Sequence record: NC_041994.1 | Length of the DNA: 64,000 nucleotides | Strand: one strand, 5' to 3' | In this document: positions 46,335 to 54,875 of the stretch, in pieces | Position numbering within the stretch: the stretch's first letter is position 1 | How the letters are laid out: each line of letters begins with the position of its first letter | Made by a program: the position numbers and the translations under genes | Notes under the pieces: generated by a model | What the model was told of the DNA's origin: nothing | Database searches by the model: none | Seen by the model: the letters and a program-made list of their open reading frames with translations, nothing else

Positions 46335-46937
46335 ATGAACGAAGCACAACCCGATGACGATCTGAGCTACGGGGATCTGATCCTTGGTAGCTCCATGACC
46401 GCCATTCTGGAAGCTACTGACGCCGCAACCCCTGTGATCAATGAGTCCCGTTTCTTGGCTCAGGTATTGCCGCTGCTGGAGCGTCCGTTTTACCACCAGA
46501 GCATGGTGGCGTACACCCGCTTTGTGCACGAGCTGACCAATGCCCTGCGCGTGGTGTCTGACTCCGATCCACAAAAGGTGTTGTTCGAAGTTCCACCGTT
46601 CATCCAAACTACCGGTGTTACTCTGCCGGCCAAGGGTGCACCTACTTCTGACACCACCCTGGGTAACATCTACCGTGAAGGCGATCGCGGTGCTGACGTT
46701 AACCGCATGATTGCCAACTTCATGCGTAGCGTTACCGCCAAGCCGGACTTGCAGAAGACCCTGCTCGATCCTCTCAAAGCGATCCTGGCGCGTTATGGTC
46801 GTGTCATGGATATGTCTGATGAGAAGAACCAGATCGAAACCCAAGCGGCTCCAGCAGGCGCTAACGCAGTGCCAGGCGCGCCGGCAGCTGCTCCTACTCC
46901 AGCAGGCGATTCCAGTTTCACCGGCGAGTACGAATAA
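46335..46937 (+). CDS. Conserved phiKZ-like hypothetical protein
   Basis: 200 aa; GAGG SD. Confidence 0.7.
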   Translation: MNEAQPDDDLSYGDLILGSSMTAILEATDAATPVINESRFLAQVLPLLERPFYHQSMVAYTRFVHELTNALRVVSDSDPQKVLFEVPPFIQTTGVTLPAKGAPTSDTTLGNIYREGDRGADVNRMIANFMRSVTAKPDLQKTLLDPLKAILARYGRVMDMSDEKNQIETQAAPAGANAVPGAPAAAPTPAGDSSFTGEYE

Positions 46938-46940
46938 CGC

Positions 46941-48098
46941 ATGAACACGGCCAACTGTAAAAGACCCGGTTGGTTCCGTTGTGCGAGTTTCGGGGATGTC
47001 CATCTCGGGCATCCCAATACTCCCACGGAACACATCGTCCGCAATCTGTTTGACTACATCCACGAGGATCTGATTAAGGACCTCGACATGTTGATCCTGG
47101 AAGGTGACTTGTTGGATCGGTTGCTCAATGCGGGCGATCCCAATGTGTTCCGTTTCCACGCATGGGCAACGTGGTTGATGTACACCTGTGCTAAGCACGG
47201 GACTCTACTGGAGATCCTTGAAGGTACTCCATCGCATGACTGGTTCCAATCGATGTACTTCGTCGAGCAGAAACAGAATGCCAACATCCCGGTTGAAATG
47301 TTTTATGCCCGTGGCCTGACTGTTCGTTATATCGAGAAGTTCGATATGCACATCTTGTATGTGCCAGATCACTGCCTGCCGCATCCTGATGACATTCTAA
47401 AGGAAGCGCGTTTGCAAATGGCCAAGCTTGGCATCACACAAGTCGACTTTGCAATCATGCACGGTGCTTTTAAGTACCAATACCCGCAGGTGGTGGTTGA
47501 GCCCACTCACGACGAGCAGACTTACCTTGACATGGTGAAGTACTACATCTTCATTGGCCATGTTCACCAATCGTCTCAGTACGATCGCATTTTAGCCGCC
47601 GGTTCTTTCGATCGCCTAAACCATGGCGACGAGGGGCATAAGGGGTTTTATGACGTCAGCGTTCGCGAGGACGGGGTCAGTCGAATCACCTTTGTCATCA
47701 ACCACCACGCCAAGCGTTATGATACGCTGGATTGCCGTGGAGCTGACATTAAAGAGATCAACCATATCGTGCAAACGCACCTTACTGGTCTCCGTCGTGG
47801 CAGTAGCATTCGTTTGCGCTGTGCTCAGGGTGATCCTGCGATCGCGTACGTCGATGTGCTCAAGAAAGAGTACGCCGATTACGAATGGACTAACCCGATA
47901 GTAGAAGAAGCCAAGAAGAGCGAGAAGAAGTCTGTCGCTCAAGTACTGGCCGATATCGACATGTCTGAGTTTGTCCCAATCACCGAACATAACTTCCTGA
48001 ACCTGCTACGTCCTGAATTGGAAAAGCATTCGAAGGACCCTGCGCAGATCGAGCGTTGCTTACGTCACGCTGATATGCATCTACTAGAGGCGGCATAA
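46941..48098 (+). CDS. SbcD/Mre11-like metallophosphoesterase nuclease (phiKZ gp65-like)
   Basis: GDVHLG, EGDLLD, EGTPSHD, MHG and GHVH motifs. Confidence 0.88.
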   Translation: MNTANCKRPGWFRCASFGDVHLGHPNTPTEHIVRNLFDYIHEDLIKDLDMLILEGDLLDRLLNAGDPNVFRFHAWATWLMYTCAKHGTLLEILEGTPSHDWFQSMYFVEQKQNANIPVEMFYARGLTVRYIEKFDMHILYVPDHCLPHPDDILKEARLQMAKLGITQVDFAIMHGAFKYQYPQVVVEPTHDEQTYLDMVKYYIFIGHVHQSSQYDRILAAGSFDRLNHGDEGHKGFYDVSVREDGVSRITFVINHHAKRYDTLDCRGADIKEINHIVQTHLTGLRRGSSIRLRCAQGDPAIAYVDVLKKEYADYEWTNPIVEEAKKSEKKSVAQVLADIDMSEFVPITEHNFLNLLRPELEKHSKDPAQIERCLRHADMHLLEAA

Positions 48099-48101
48099 AC
48101 G

Positions 48102-48935
48102 ATGATGACCGTCGATCGTGAGGTAGGGCGTAACTTCCCCCTCAGTATCGGTACGGCGTTAGGCATCGAAGGGTTTGTGGGGATTCACGAGGCGAAGCCC
48201 CACCAGCCTGCTGGACACAAGGGAATCACGACCCTGTGGATCAACATTCGTACATTGGTTCGGAACTACCACGAGGCTGTGAAGACGGCTAACCGGGATC
48301 GAATCAAGTACGACGACGCTGCGCTGAACCTGCTTGCAGAAATGCAGGCAATCCCCGACATTCTGCGCCACTACAACCGCAATGTTGAAGTGGTCTATTA
48401 CCATCAGGCGATTGAGGACATTAAGCAACAGTTCCCGAACGCCAGCTATAAGGCAGTCAAGACTGATGCTCAGTCGGCTGCCAAAGTCTACGAAACCTTT
48501 ACGGTGCGTCTGCTGTTGGCGGAATGCTTAAACGCTAACCTGCCAGTCATGCAGATCCGTAGAACCCCACAGCCAAGCCATCAGGTGGCGGCTATCTTAA
48601 CGCACTATCCCAAGGACCTGTTCTGGAAAGGCTGTTTTGAACGGTTGTTCCTGTTGGAGTCTCACACCGGTAAGTTGAAGACCTATGTGGACTGGTACAC
48701 CAAGCTTACTGGCATCAAGACCGACAACCCGGTACCGATGAACGAGTTCACGATCCAGATGTTTGGCGATAAGCATTTGTTCGAAGGCCAAGACAACAAA
48801 CTCAAGGCCGAAGTCAAGTCGATTGCCAAGGTGAAGAAATGGAATGGCACCACCGCCATGCCTAAAGTAACCGCTGACATCATGGGTAATGGCAGTCCTG
48901 CCTTGAAGGAATCGTACCGGAATTTGATGTCCTGA
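48102..48935 (+). CDS. Conserved Chimalliviridae protein (phiKZ gp66-like)
   Basis: 277 aa; SIGTALG, WINIRTL.RN and LLESHTG recalled from the core gene; synteny. Confidence 0.65.
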   Translation: MMTVDREVGRNFPLSIGTALGIEGFVGIHEAKPHQPAGHKGITTLWINIRTLVRNYHEAVKTANRDRIKYDDAALNLLAEMQAIPDILRHYNRNVEVVYYHQAIEDIKQQFPNASYKAVKTDAQSAAKVYETFTVRLLLAECLNANLPVMQIRRTPQPSHQVAAILTHYPKDLFWKGCFERLFLLESHTGKLKTYVDWYTKLTGIKTDNPVPMNEFTIQMFGDKHLFEGQDNKLKAEVKSIAKVKKWNGTTAMPKVTADIMGNGSPALKESYRNLMS

Positions 48936-49023
48936 AATAAATACTTGAACGCACAATAGTACGTGCACACATACCGCCGACTACGTCTTACCGTATGTCA
49001 TCTCGAAGTAAAAGGATCGATCC

Positions 49024-49776
49024 ATGAGCCAGCAGCAAAACCGCCCTGCCCTTGACCCGAATATCCTCGACGTCATGTCGAACTGGCTGTTCACCGACCC
49101 GGTTCCGGGTGCACAAAAGCGTCCGAACTTCCGCGTGAAGGTGATGGGCAACGTCCCACGCATCTCGGTCAAAACCAACGTCGAGAACGACAAGCAATTC
49201 GGCAAGATCGACTTCCAGACCGATCTGGCGACCTGGGGCGCTATCATTGGCCTGGCCCTCGACATGGCTGAAGGCCGTGACGAAAGCGAAGGTTACAACT
49301 TCGACTACAAAGACGATTTCCTGGCCGGCAAGAAGCTCGACCGCGAAATGGTTATCTCCACCCTGCAAATCGGTCGTGACCGTGAATCGGGCCGCATGTA
49401 CGTCGCCGTGATGTCCAGCGACAAGTCCCGTCCACGCATCCAGTTCTGGTTCGGTCCTACCAAGTACCACGACATTCGCAACCGCGATGGCAGCCCACTG
49501 TCGGCGAAGAAGTTGTCCGAATCGTTCGCTCGTGGCTTCCTGGGCCCAATCAGCAAACTGGTCGAGCACCTGCTGATCACCCAGTTCAACCCTGACGCGA
49601 AGAACGTGGCCAAAGCCATGGCTCCGGGCGGTGGCGGCGGTGGTGGTAACAACTACCAGCAAGGCCGTGGCGGCAATAACTACGGCGGTGGCGGTGGTAA
49701 CAACAACTACGGCAACCAACAGCGTCAATCGGCTCCGGCCAACGATGCTGTCGATTTCGACGACTTCGTGATGTAA
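49024..49776 (+). CDS. chmC: ChmC-like nucleic-acid-binding protein with Gly/Asn-rich tail
   Basis: 250 aa; folded N-domain plus GGGGGGGNNYQQGRGGNNY tail and acidic tip; position just before gp68-like gene. Confidence 0.65.
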   Translation: MSQQQNRPALDPNILDVMSNWLFTDPVPGAQKRPNFRVKVMGNVPRISVKTNVENDKQFGKIDFQTDLATWGAIIGLALDMAEGRDESEGYNFDYKDDFLAGKKLDREMVISTLQIGRDRESGRMYVAVMSSDKSRPRIQFWFGPTKYHDIRNRDGSPLSAKKLSESFARGFLGPISKLVEHLLITQFNPDAKNVAKAMAPGGGGGGGNNYQQGRGGNNYGGGGGNNNYGNQQRQSAPANDAVDFDDFVM

Positions 49777-49778
49777 GC

Positions 49779-49815
49779 GACATAAGGCCCGGGAGCTTCG
49801 GCTCCTGGGCTTTAT
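49779..49815 (+). terminator. Intrinsic terminator
   Basis: gacata-ag-gcccgggagc-TTCG-gctcctgggc-tttat. Confidence 0.8.
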
Positions 49816-49846
49816 AACCTGTCGGCAAATTGGAGTTTGTTTAAGA

Positions 49847-49866
49847 CATATATCATCTTCGTGCAT
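49847..49866 (+). promoter_or_regulatory. Putative early promoter
   Basis: catatatcat-cttc-gtgcat, 48 nt before ATG 49895. Confidence 0.6.
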
Positions 49867-49894
49867 TAAGCCAATAAATAGACCGGGGGTAGTA

Positions 49895-51454
49895 ATGAGA
49901 CTGACTGTCTCGAAGGTCCAGGGTACCGGTTTCGTTGAGGTCACTGCCACGCATAAGGGCTACGATCCTCTGATCTGGGCTGCTGGTGCCTATGGTAAAG
50001 TTCGGTTGGCTGATCCAACCGGTGTCTTCAATGAGATCAACGCATATTGGGAGACCTGTTCAGAAGAGATCCTTGACGCTATCTGGGATTGCTACGTTGG
50101 CATTCACGGTGTGACTCGTTCGGTATCGGACAGTTTCTACGTGGCGCAGTCCATCCGGTTCTACGTGAACAAGATGTACAGCATCATGCCGATGGAAACG
50201 TTCAAGCACTGGCTGCTGCTCAGTGGTCGTCTGCATGTGCCGAACGAAATCCAAGACAGCATCACGGAAGGTAGTCGCTACACCGATGAAGGTCAGACTT
50301 ACCTCAAGTCCGACTACATGAATCTGGCAATCTTCTCATTGGCCATCCGGCCGATGCTGCCGATTTGGGGTGCCTACATCGACCTCATCCAAGACAACCA
50401 GAAAGGTAAAGAGCTGGATGCCTTGGGCTTGATTCTGGATACCGAACTGATCCAATGGCCAACGGGTCTGTCGGTGTTCGATAAGCTGCAACGCTATATC
50501 GACGAACGCATCACTGACAACAGCATCAGCATGGCCAGCACGTGGAAAGGTCTGGGCTCTTCGGAGATTCCGAAGTTGATCATGGCCAAAGTGATCGTCC
50601 GTCGTTTGACGATTGCGGTGATGTGTGACCCTCAGGCCACCAGCATCATCTCCAGCGTGCACTGGTACATCCGCTACTGCTTGAACCCAGCGGATCGCAC
50701 CACAGCTGAACGGGTAAACGATAAGAAGATCGATGCGAAGTCTGGTGAGGACGACGATAAGACCAGCTTCATCGATGCCCACAAGATCAAGAACAAGGTA
50801 GTGATTGGTGATGCTACTACGTTCGAAGAAGATGCCACCCGGCCTGCGCTACTCGCACAAGAAGTAGACCCAACGATTGATCTGGGTTTGCTGGAACAGT
50901 GCTTGGCGTGCATTCCTGATGTCATCGACCATCCGCTTGAAGTACACCAGAAGCGTTTGGCTCAGTGGATCATGGCTAAGGCTTTCAGCCCGAATGCCTA
51001 TCCGCATATCGAAAAGCCGTACATCCATAACCTCGTGGCTACTGCACAGGCGTTGCTGTGGCACTGGGGCTTCATCGACATTGCGCTGATCATGCAGGTC
51101 TCGCGTTTTGTAGAAGAAGGGATTACCGGCACCAGCTTGCCTATTGCTACAAAGAGCTGGCCACGCATCCAACCCAAGTATAAGGAAGAGCTCAATGCTG
51201 CCTACCCGTACTTAAAGCCCATGCGCCCCCGTCCAGGCGATCAGAACCCCAACGAGCGGCATACTAACTACACAATCATCGCGATCACGAATCTCACGAC
51301 CGAGATCCGATCCGCTAACTGGGTGTTTCACGGGCCGAAGGCACTGTGGGATGTCAGTGACCAGCCAAAAGGTCACAACATCATCGCCATGCCTCAACAC
51401 TTCAAGAACTTACTTACGGACATGACCCTGCACCTCGCTAAGGTCAACCAGTAA
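49895..51454 (+). CDS. nvRNAP promoter-specificity subunit (phiKZ gp68-like)
   Basis: 519 aa; Y...DY..L..FSLAIRPM.PIWG recalled; synteny chmC-gp68-picA. Confidence 0.7.
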   Translation: MRLTVSKVQGTGFVEVTATHKGYDPLIWAAGAYGKVRLADPTGVFNEINAYWETCSEEILDAIWDCYVGIHGVTRSVSDSFYVAQSIRFYVNKMYSIMPMETFKHWLLLSGRLHVPNEIQDSITEGSRYTDEGQTYLKSDYMNLAIFSLAIRPMLPIWGAYIDLIQDNQKGKELDALGLILDTELIQWPTGLSVFDKLQRYIDERITDNSISMASTWKGLGSSEIPKLIMAKVIVRRLTIAVMCDPQATSIISSVHWYIRYCLNPADRTTAERVNDKKIDAKSGEDDDKTSFIDAHKIKNKVVIGDATTFEEDATRPALLAQEVDPTIDLGLLEQCLACIPDVIDHPLEVHQKRLAQWIMAKAFSPNAYPHIEKPYIHNLVATAQALLWHWGFIDIALIMQVSRFVEEGITGTSLPIATKSWPRIQPKYKEELNAAYPYLKPMRPRPGDQNPNERHTNYTIIAITNLTTEIRSANWVFHGPKALWDVSDQPKGHNIIAMPQHFKNLLTDMTLHLAKVNQ

Positions 51455-51468
51455 CATCGGAGAATACC

Positions 51469-53061
51469 ATGCAGAGCTATACCTTCGGCGATAATACCCA
51501 GATCCGGGTTGAGCTGTTCATCATGGCCCAGACCGGCTCTTATCAAGAGCAAACAATCCGTCCGTTCAAAACCAACGTATCGCAGCGAGTAATCAACTCG
51601 TTGCAAGAAGCCACCCAGTTGGGCAACCGTCTGGGCGTTGCGGCAGTTAACGCACTGGCCTCGGAAGTCATTCAGCCTTCAGCGAACATCGAAGGCTTTG
51701 TGGGTATTCCAGAAGGCTGGCTGAGCCGTCGCTTCCGTTTCATCATGCGCGTGGTGGAAACCCAACCGTTCATGGCGAACGAGAAAACCATCCGCATTCT
51801 GTTTGGCTACAGCGATCACTCCGATGTATCGCACGGTGGCCTGCTCGATCCGGACAGCCGGATCTACTTCAACTCCGAGACCACGATTCGGGACAAGATC
51901 ACTCAGGGTGTTAATGGTCCGGTGCGCCAAGCATTCGTGCAAGCCGCTAACCAGATCATCACCCCGATGCGTATCCTCAATGCTGGCCGTACTGCCGATG
52001 CATTGAACACGCACATGATCCGTCCTGAGGACGTGTTCAACCTGCGTGAAGCGTCGCTGGTCTCCGACATGGCAGCGCAGAACATTCAGGGTGGTATCGA
52101 CCTGACTTACGATACTCGCGCATTGTCCGGCGTGGGTGCGTTCCAGTTGTCTCGTCGTCGTGATACCTCGCCGACGCGTTACGTCGCCGACACCCTGGGT
52201 TCTTTGCAGCATGCTGTAAAAGAAAACCAGATGATGCAAACCGGCTACATCAGCAATAGCTCGCTGGGTACCAACGTGATGTCTGAGGCTGGCGCACGCG
52301 CAGCCAACAGCACGGTGAACAGCGATGCATTCCTGGCCAAGCTGCGTGACCACGCCTCCTACATGGAACGTGGTTATGTAACGCTCAAGGATCTGATCGG
52401 TCTGTTCCCTGAGGTGGGTGACTTCCAGAACGTTACTCGCTACGCACTGGACGACGGTCGGTCTATCCGTCGTGTAACTCACGCAGGCGACAGTGAGCAC
52501 TGGCGTGGTGCGGACAAGACCAGTATCGCCGCATCCTTGATCGCTCAGGTAGTCCCTGCGATCATGATGGACAACTTCATCCGGAACATCAGTTTCGCGG
52601 TGACGAACTCCATGGTGCCGGGTCAGTACGCCATGACGATCCAACCCGAGCTTACCCGCTCGATCGTGGATGAAGTCGACATGGTCGGCTACATTCAAGA
52701 GTTCGAACGTCGACTGGTGATTGACGCATTGACCTCGATCACCTTCGGCGGTCAGATCCCATTCCACATCGCCGTGATGTCGGACTTGGCGGGTGACTCC
52801 ATTATCAACATCAGCCTTGACGGCGAACCGATGGTCCAGTACGTGGCACCGACGTTTACCGACAGTCTGTTCTCGCCGATGGTATCGACTCACCTCGATG
52901 CAGCCATGAAGGTATCCAACGACATGATCGCTATCGCGACCGAAGTCTTGGACCTTGGCCAGAACGACGTCAACTTCGCGGTGCAAGCACCAGCCCCGAC
53001 CATCATGAACCCATCTCTCGCAGGAGCAGGAAACTATGCAGAAGACTTTGGCCTTCTATAA
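51469..53061 (+). CDS. picA: Phage nucleus protein-import factor PicA/Imp1 (phiKZ gp69-like)
   Basis: 530 aa; QTGSY.EQ.IRPF, GW...RFRF and IRPEDVF recalled from the family; position directly after gp68-like gene. Confidence 0.7.
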   Translation: MQSYTFGDNTQIRVELFIMAQTGSYQEQTIRPFKTNVSQRVINSLQEATQLGNRLGVAAVNALASEVIQPSANIEGFVGIPEGWLSRRFRFIMRVVETQPFMANEKTIRILFGYSDHSDVSHGGLLDPDSRIYFNSETTIRDKITQGVNGPVRQAFVQAANQIITPMRILNAGRTADALNTHMIRPEDVFNLREASLVSDMAAQNIQGGIDLTYDTRALSGVGAFQLSRRRDTSPTRYVADTLGSLQHAVKENQMMQTGYISNSSLGTNVMSEAGARAANSTVNSDAFLAKLRDHASYMERGYVTLKDLIGLFPEVGDFQNVTRYALDDGRSIRRVTHAGDSEHWRGADKTSIAASLIAQVVPAIMMDNFIRNISFAVTNSMVPGQYAMTIQPELTRSIVDEVDMVGYIQEFERRLVIDALTSITFGGQIPFHIAVMSDLAGDSIINISLDGEPMVQYVAPTFTDSLFSPMVSTHLDAAMKVSNDMIAIATEVLDLGQNDVNFAVQAPAPTIMNPSLAGAGNYAEDFGLL

Positions 53062-54400
53062 TCAGGCACTCCCATCGATGCGTTACGGCGTCGATAAGGA
53101 AGGTCTCATCAGCATCACCACCGCCACGGGCCAGTTGTCCCCGGCGGAGGTAGAAGGTAAACGTCTGGTACTGCCTACCAAAGCCCGCTTGAAGGAAGGG
53201 TTCGGTGATGCATTCCAGGCATGGCATCCGTTGTCGGAGACCATGGCGCGTCGTGGGACATCGCCGGTCATGCAACACATGCAGCGCAACGCGCGTGCTC
53301 AACTGAGCTTCACCTACATCTACCTCGCGCAGCAGTTGCTGCGTGTGGCAGCTGATCGTGAACTGCATAAAGAACTGCCACCGACCGAAGACTGCAATGA
53401 GTTCCTGAACAAAATGCAGTTGGCCGATGACAAGCTGGTCAAGATCTTCGATCGTCTGGTGCAAGCGGCCAGCGAGAAGAAGCGCCTGATCACTCTCTAC
53501 CTGAAGAATGGCGGCACGTACGCTGGCAAGAAGGTCAACCGGCTGGCAGTGATCCGCTTCCCGCTGATCGAACTGCTGGAGACCGAGGACAACAAAGTCC
53601 TGGGTATCGAGATCAAGCCGAAGCAGCGTCAGGTGTTGTTGACCTTGCTGCGCACCATCCTGCCGAATGGCGATGACCCTGAGCAGTACAGCGCTGGTTC
53701 CAACAACCGTGTAGCGCCGTACTTCCATGCGTTCATGACTGCCTACCGTAAGGTGATCGTTCAGCTGAACAAGATCATCTCGCGTTACGGTCAGCCGATG
53801 GCATTGCCGGTCAAAGCCTTCCCGATGTTCGACGAAGAATACCTCAGCCAGTTCGCTGAGATCTACGACGAGATCCCGTCGCTGGAAGGTAACGAAGGTG
53901 GCGTGCATGAAGTAGAAGACGAAGCACCGGTCGTGGCAGAACCTGCCAAGATCGAAGTGGCCAAGTCGGCTCCAGCTCAGGGTATTCAGGTCGTGTCACA
54001 ACCGGGCGTAGCGCCTGTGAGTGCAGCACCCCTGCGTACCCAAGCGGCGAAGGTAGTAGAAGAAGACACCATCGACTTCGAAGCCTTGAAGCAAAGCATG
54101 ATGCCACAGCAAGCAGCCTTCGGTATGGGTGCCGGTTATCCAAACACCGTTGTTGGTGGTGGTATCGGTGTGGCGCAACAAGGGCATGTGGTGTTGCCAT
54201 GGCAGCAGCAAGCCGTGGCTAACGTTGCACCGCAGAACCCGTTCGCAGCAGTAGCCGCATCGCGCACCATGGATCAGAACATGCCATTGTCCAACCCGTA
54301 CGGGACTGGCTACGGCATGGGTGCAGGTGTGGGTGTATCAACAACCATCAACGCTGGTGTTAGTTACCAGACCGGTATGGCAGCAAGCTCGCTGTTGTAA
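53036..54400 (+). CDS. Conserved Chimalliviridae protein (phiKZ gp70-like)
   Basis: 454 aa; AGGA SD; low-complexity Q/A/G C-tail. Confidence 0.7.
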   Translation: MQKTLAFYNQALPSMRYGVDKEGLISITTATGQLSPAEVEGKRLVLPTKARLKEGFGDAFQAWHPLSETMARRGTSPVMQHMQRNARAQLSFTYIYLAQQLLRVAADRELHKELPPTEDCNEFLNKMQLADDKLVKIFDRLVQAASEKKRLITLYLKNGGTYAGKKVNRLAVIRFPLIELLETEDNKVLGIEIKPKQRQVLLTLLRTILPNGDDPEQYSAGSNNRVAPYFHAFMTAYRKVIVQLNKIISRYGQPMALPVKAFPMFDEEYLSQFAEIYDEIPSLEGNEGGVHEVEDEAPVVAEPAKIEVAKSAPAQGIQVVSQPGVAPVSAAPLRTQAAKVVEEDTIDFEALKQSMMPQQAAFGMGAGYPNTVVGGGIGVAQQGHVVLPWQQQAVANVAPQNPFAAVAASRTMDQNMPLSNPYGTGYGMGAGVGVSTTINAGVSYQTGMAASSLL

Positions 54401-54403
54401 GCC

Positions 54404-54437
54404 GGCATAAGGTGGGGCTCGTAAGAGCCCCGTCTTA
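54404..54437. terminator. Bidirectional hairpin terminator
   Basis: ggcataag-gt-ggggctc-GTAA-gagcccc-gt-cttacgc between convergent genes. Confidence 0.75.
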
Positions 54438-54803
54438 CGCTTCTTTTTGTTTGTTGAGATAAAGCGTACGGATGGATTCGAGTAACCCACCATCCGGTAA
54501 CAGCAGGGTCATGCCTGCTACAGGAGCTGCCAGTTCAGCCACCTTACGCCCAAACTCATGTGGGTTATGGAACCCGTTCATGCGCATGATGATCCAGTGG
54601 ATGTCATGCGATTCGCCACGAGCAGCCAGATAACCAAATAGGTTCCCTTCAAACTGCCAGAGTTCGTTAGCCTCGACTTGTATCCGCCGGGGGTTGGTGT
54701 TCTTGAGGATGTTCAGGTGGGTTTCCAATTGCTCTCGGAAAGCCGGGGTGTAATAAACGGAGTCCCCCGAATCAGCAAGAGACGCTAAAACCTTAAAGGC
54801 CAT
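54435..54803 (-). CDS. 122-aa protein, possibly baseplate wedge (T4 gp53-like)
   Basis: True gene is the 3' end of the long antisense ORF 54435-56516; MAFKVL...HWIIMRMNGFHNP resembles the gp53/LysM-like WIIL..N motif. Confidence 0.55.
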   Translation of the reverse strand: MAFKVLASLADSGDSVYYTPAFREQLETHLNILKNTNPRRIQVEANELWQFEGNLFGYLAARGESHDIHWIIMRMNGFHNPHEFGRKVAELAAPVAGMTLLLPDGGLLESIRTLYLNKQKEA

Positions 54804-54831
54804 GGGGTATAACCCTCTAAAAGAATTTGAA

Positions 54832-54851
54832 CCTATATCATGTTCGTGGAT
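54832..54851 (+). promoter_or_regulatory. Putative early promoter
   Basis: cctatatcat-gttc-gtggat, 44 nt before ATG 54876. Confidence 0.65.
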
Positions 54852-54875
54852 AGACCAAATAAAGAGGCTGCAACA

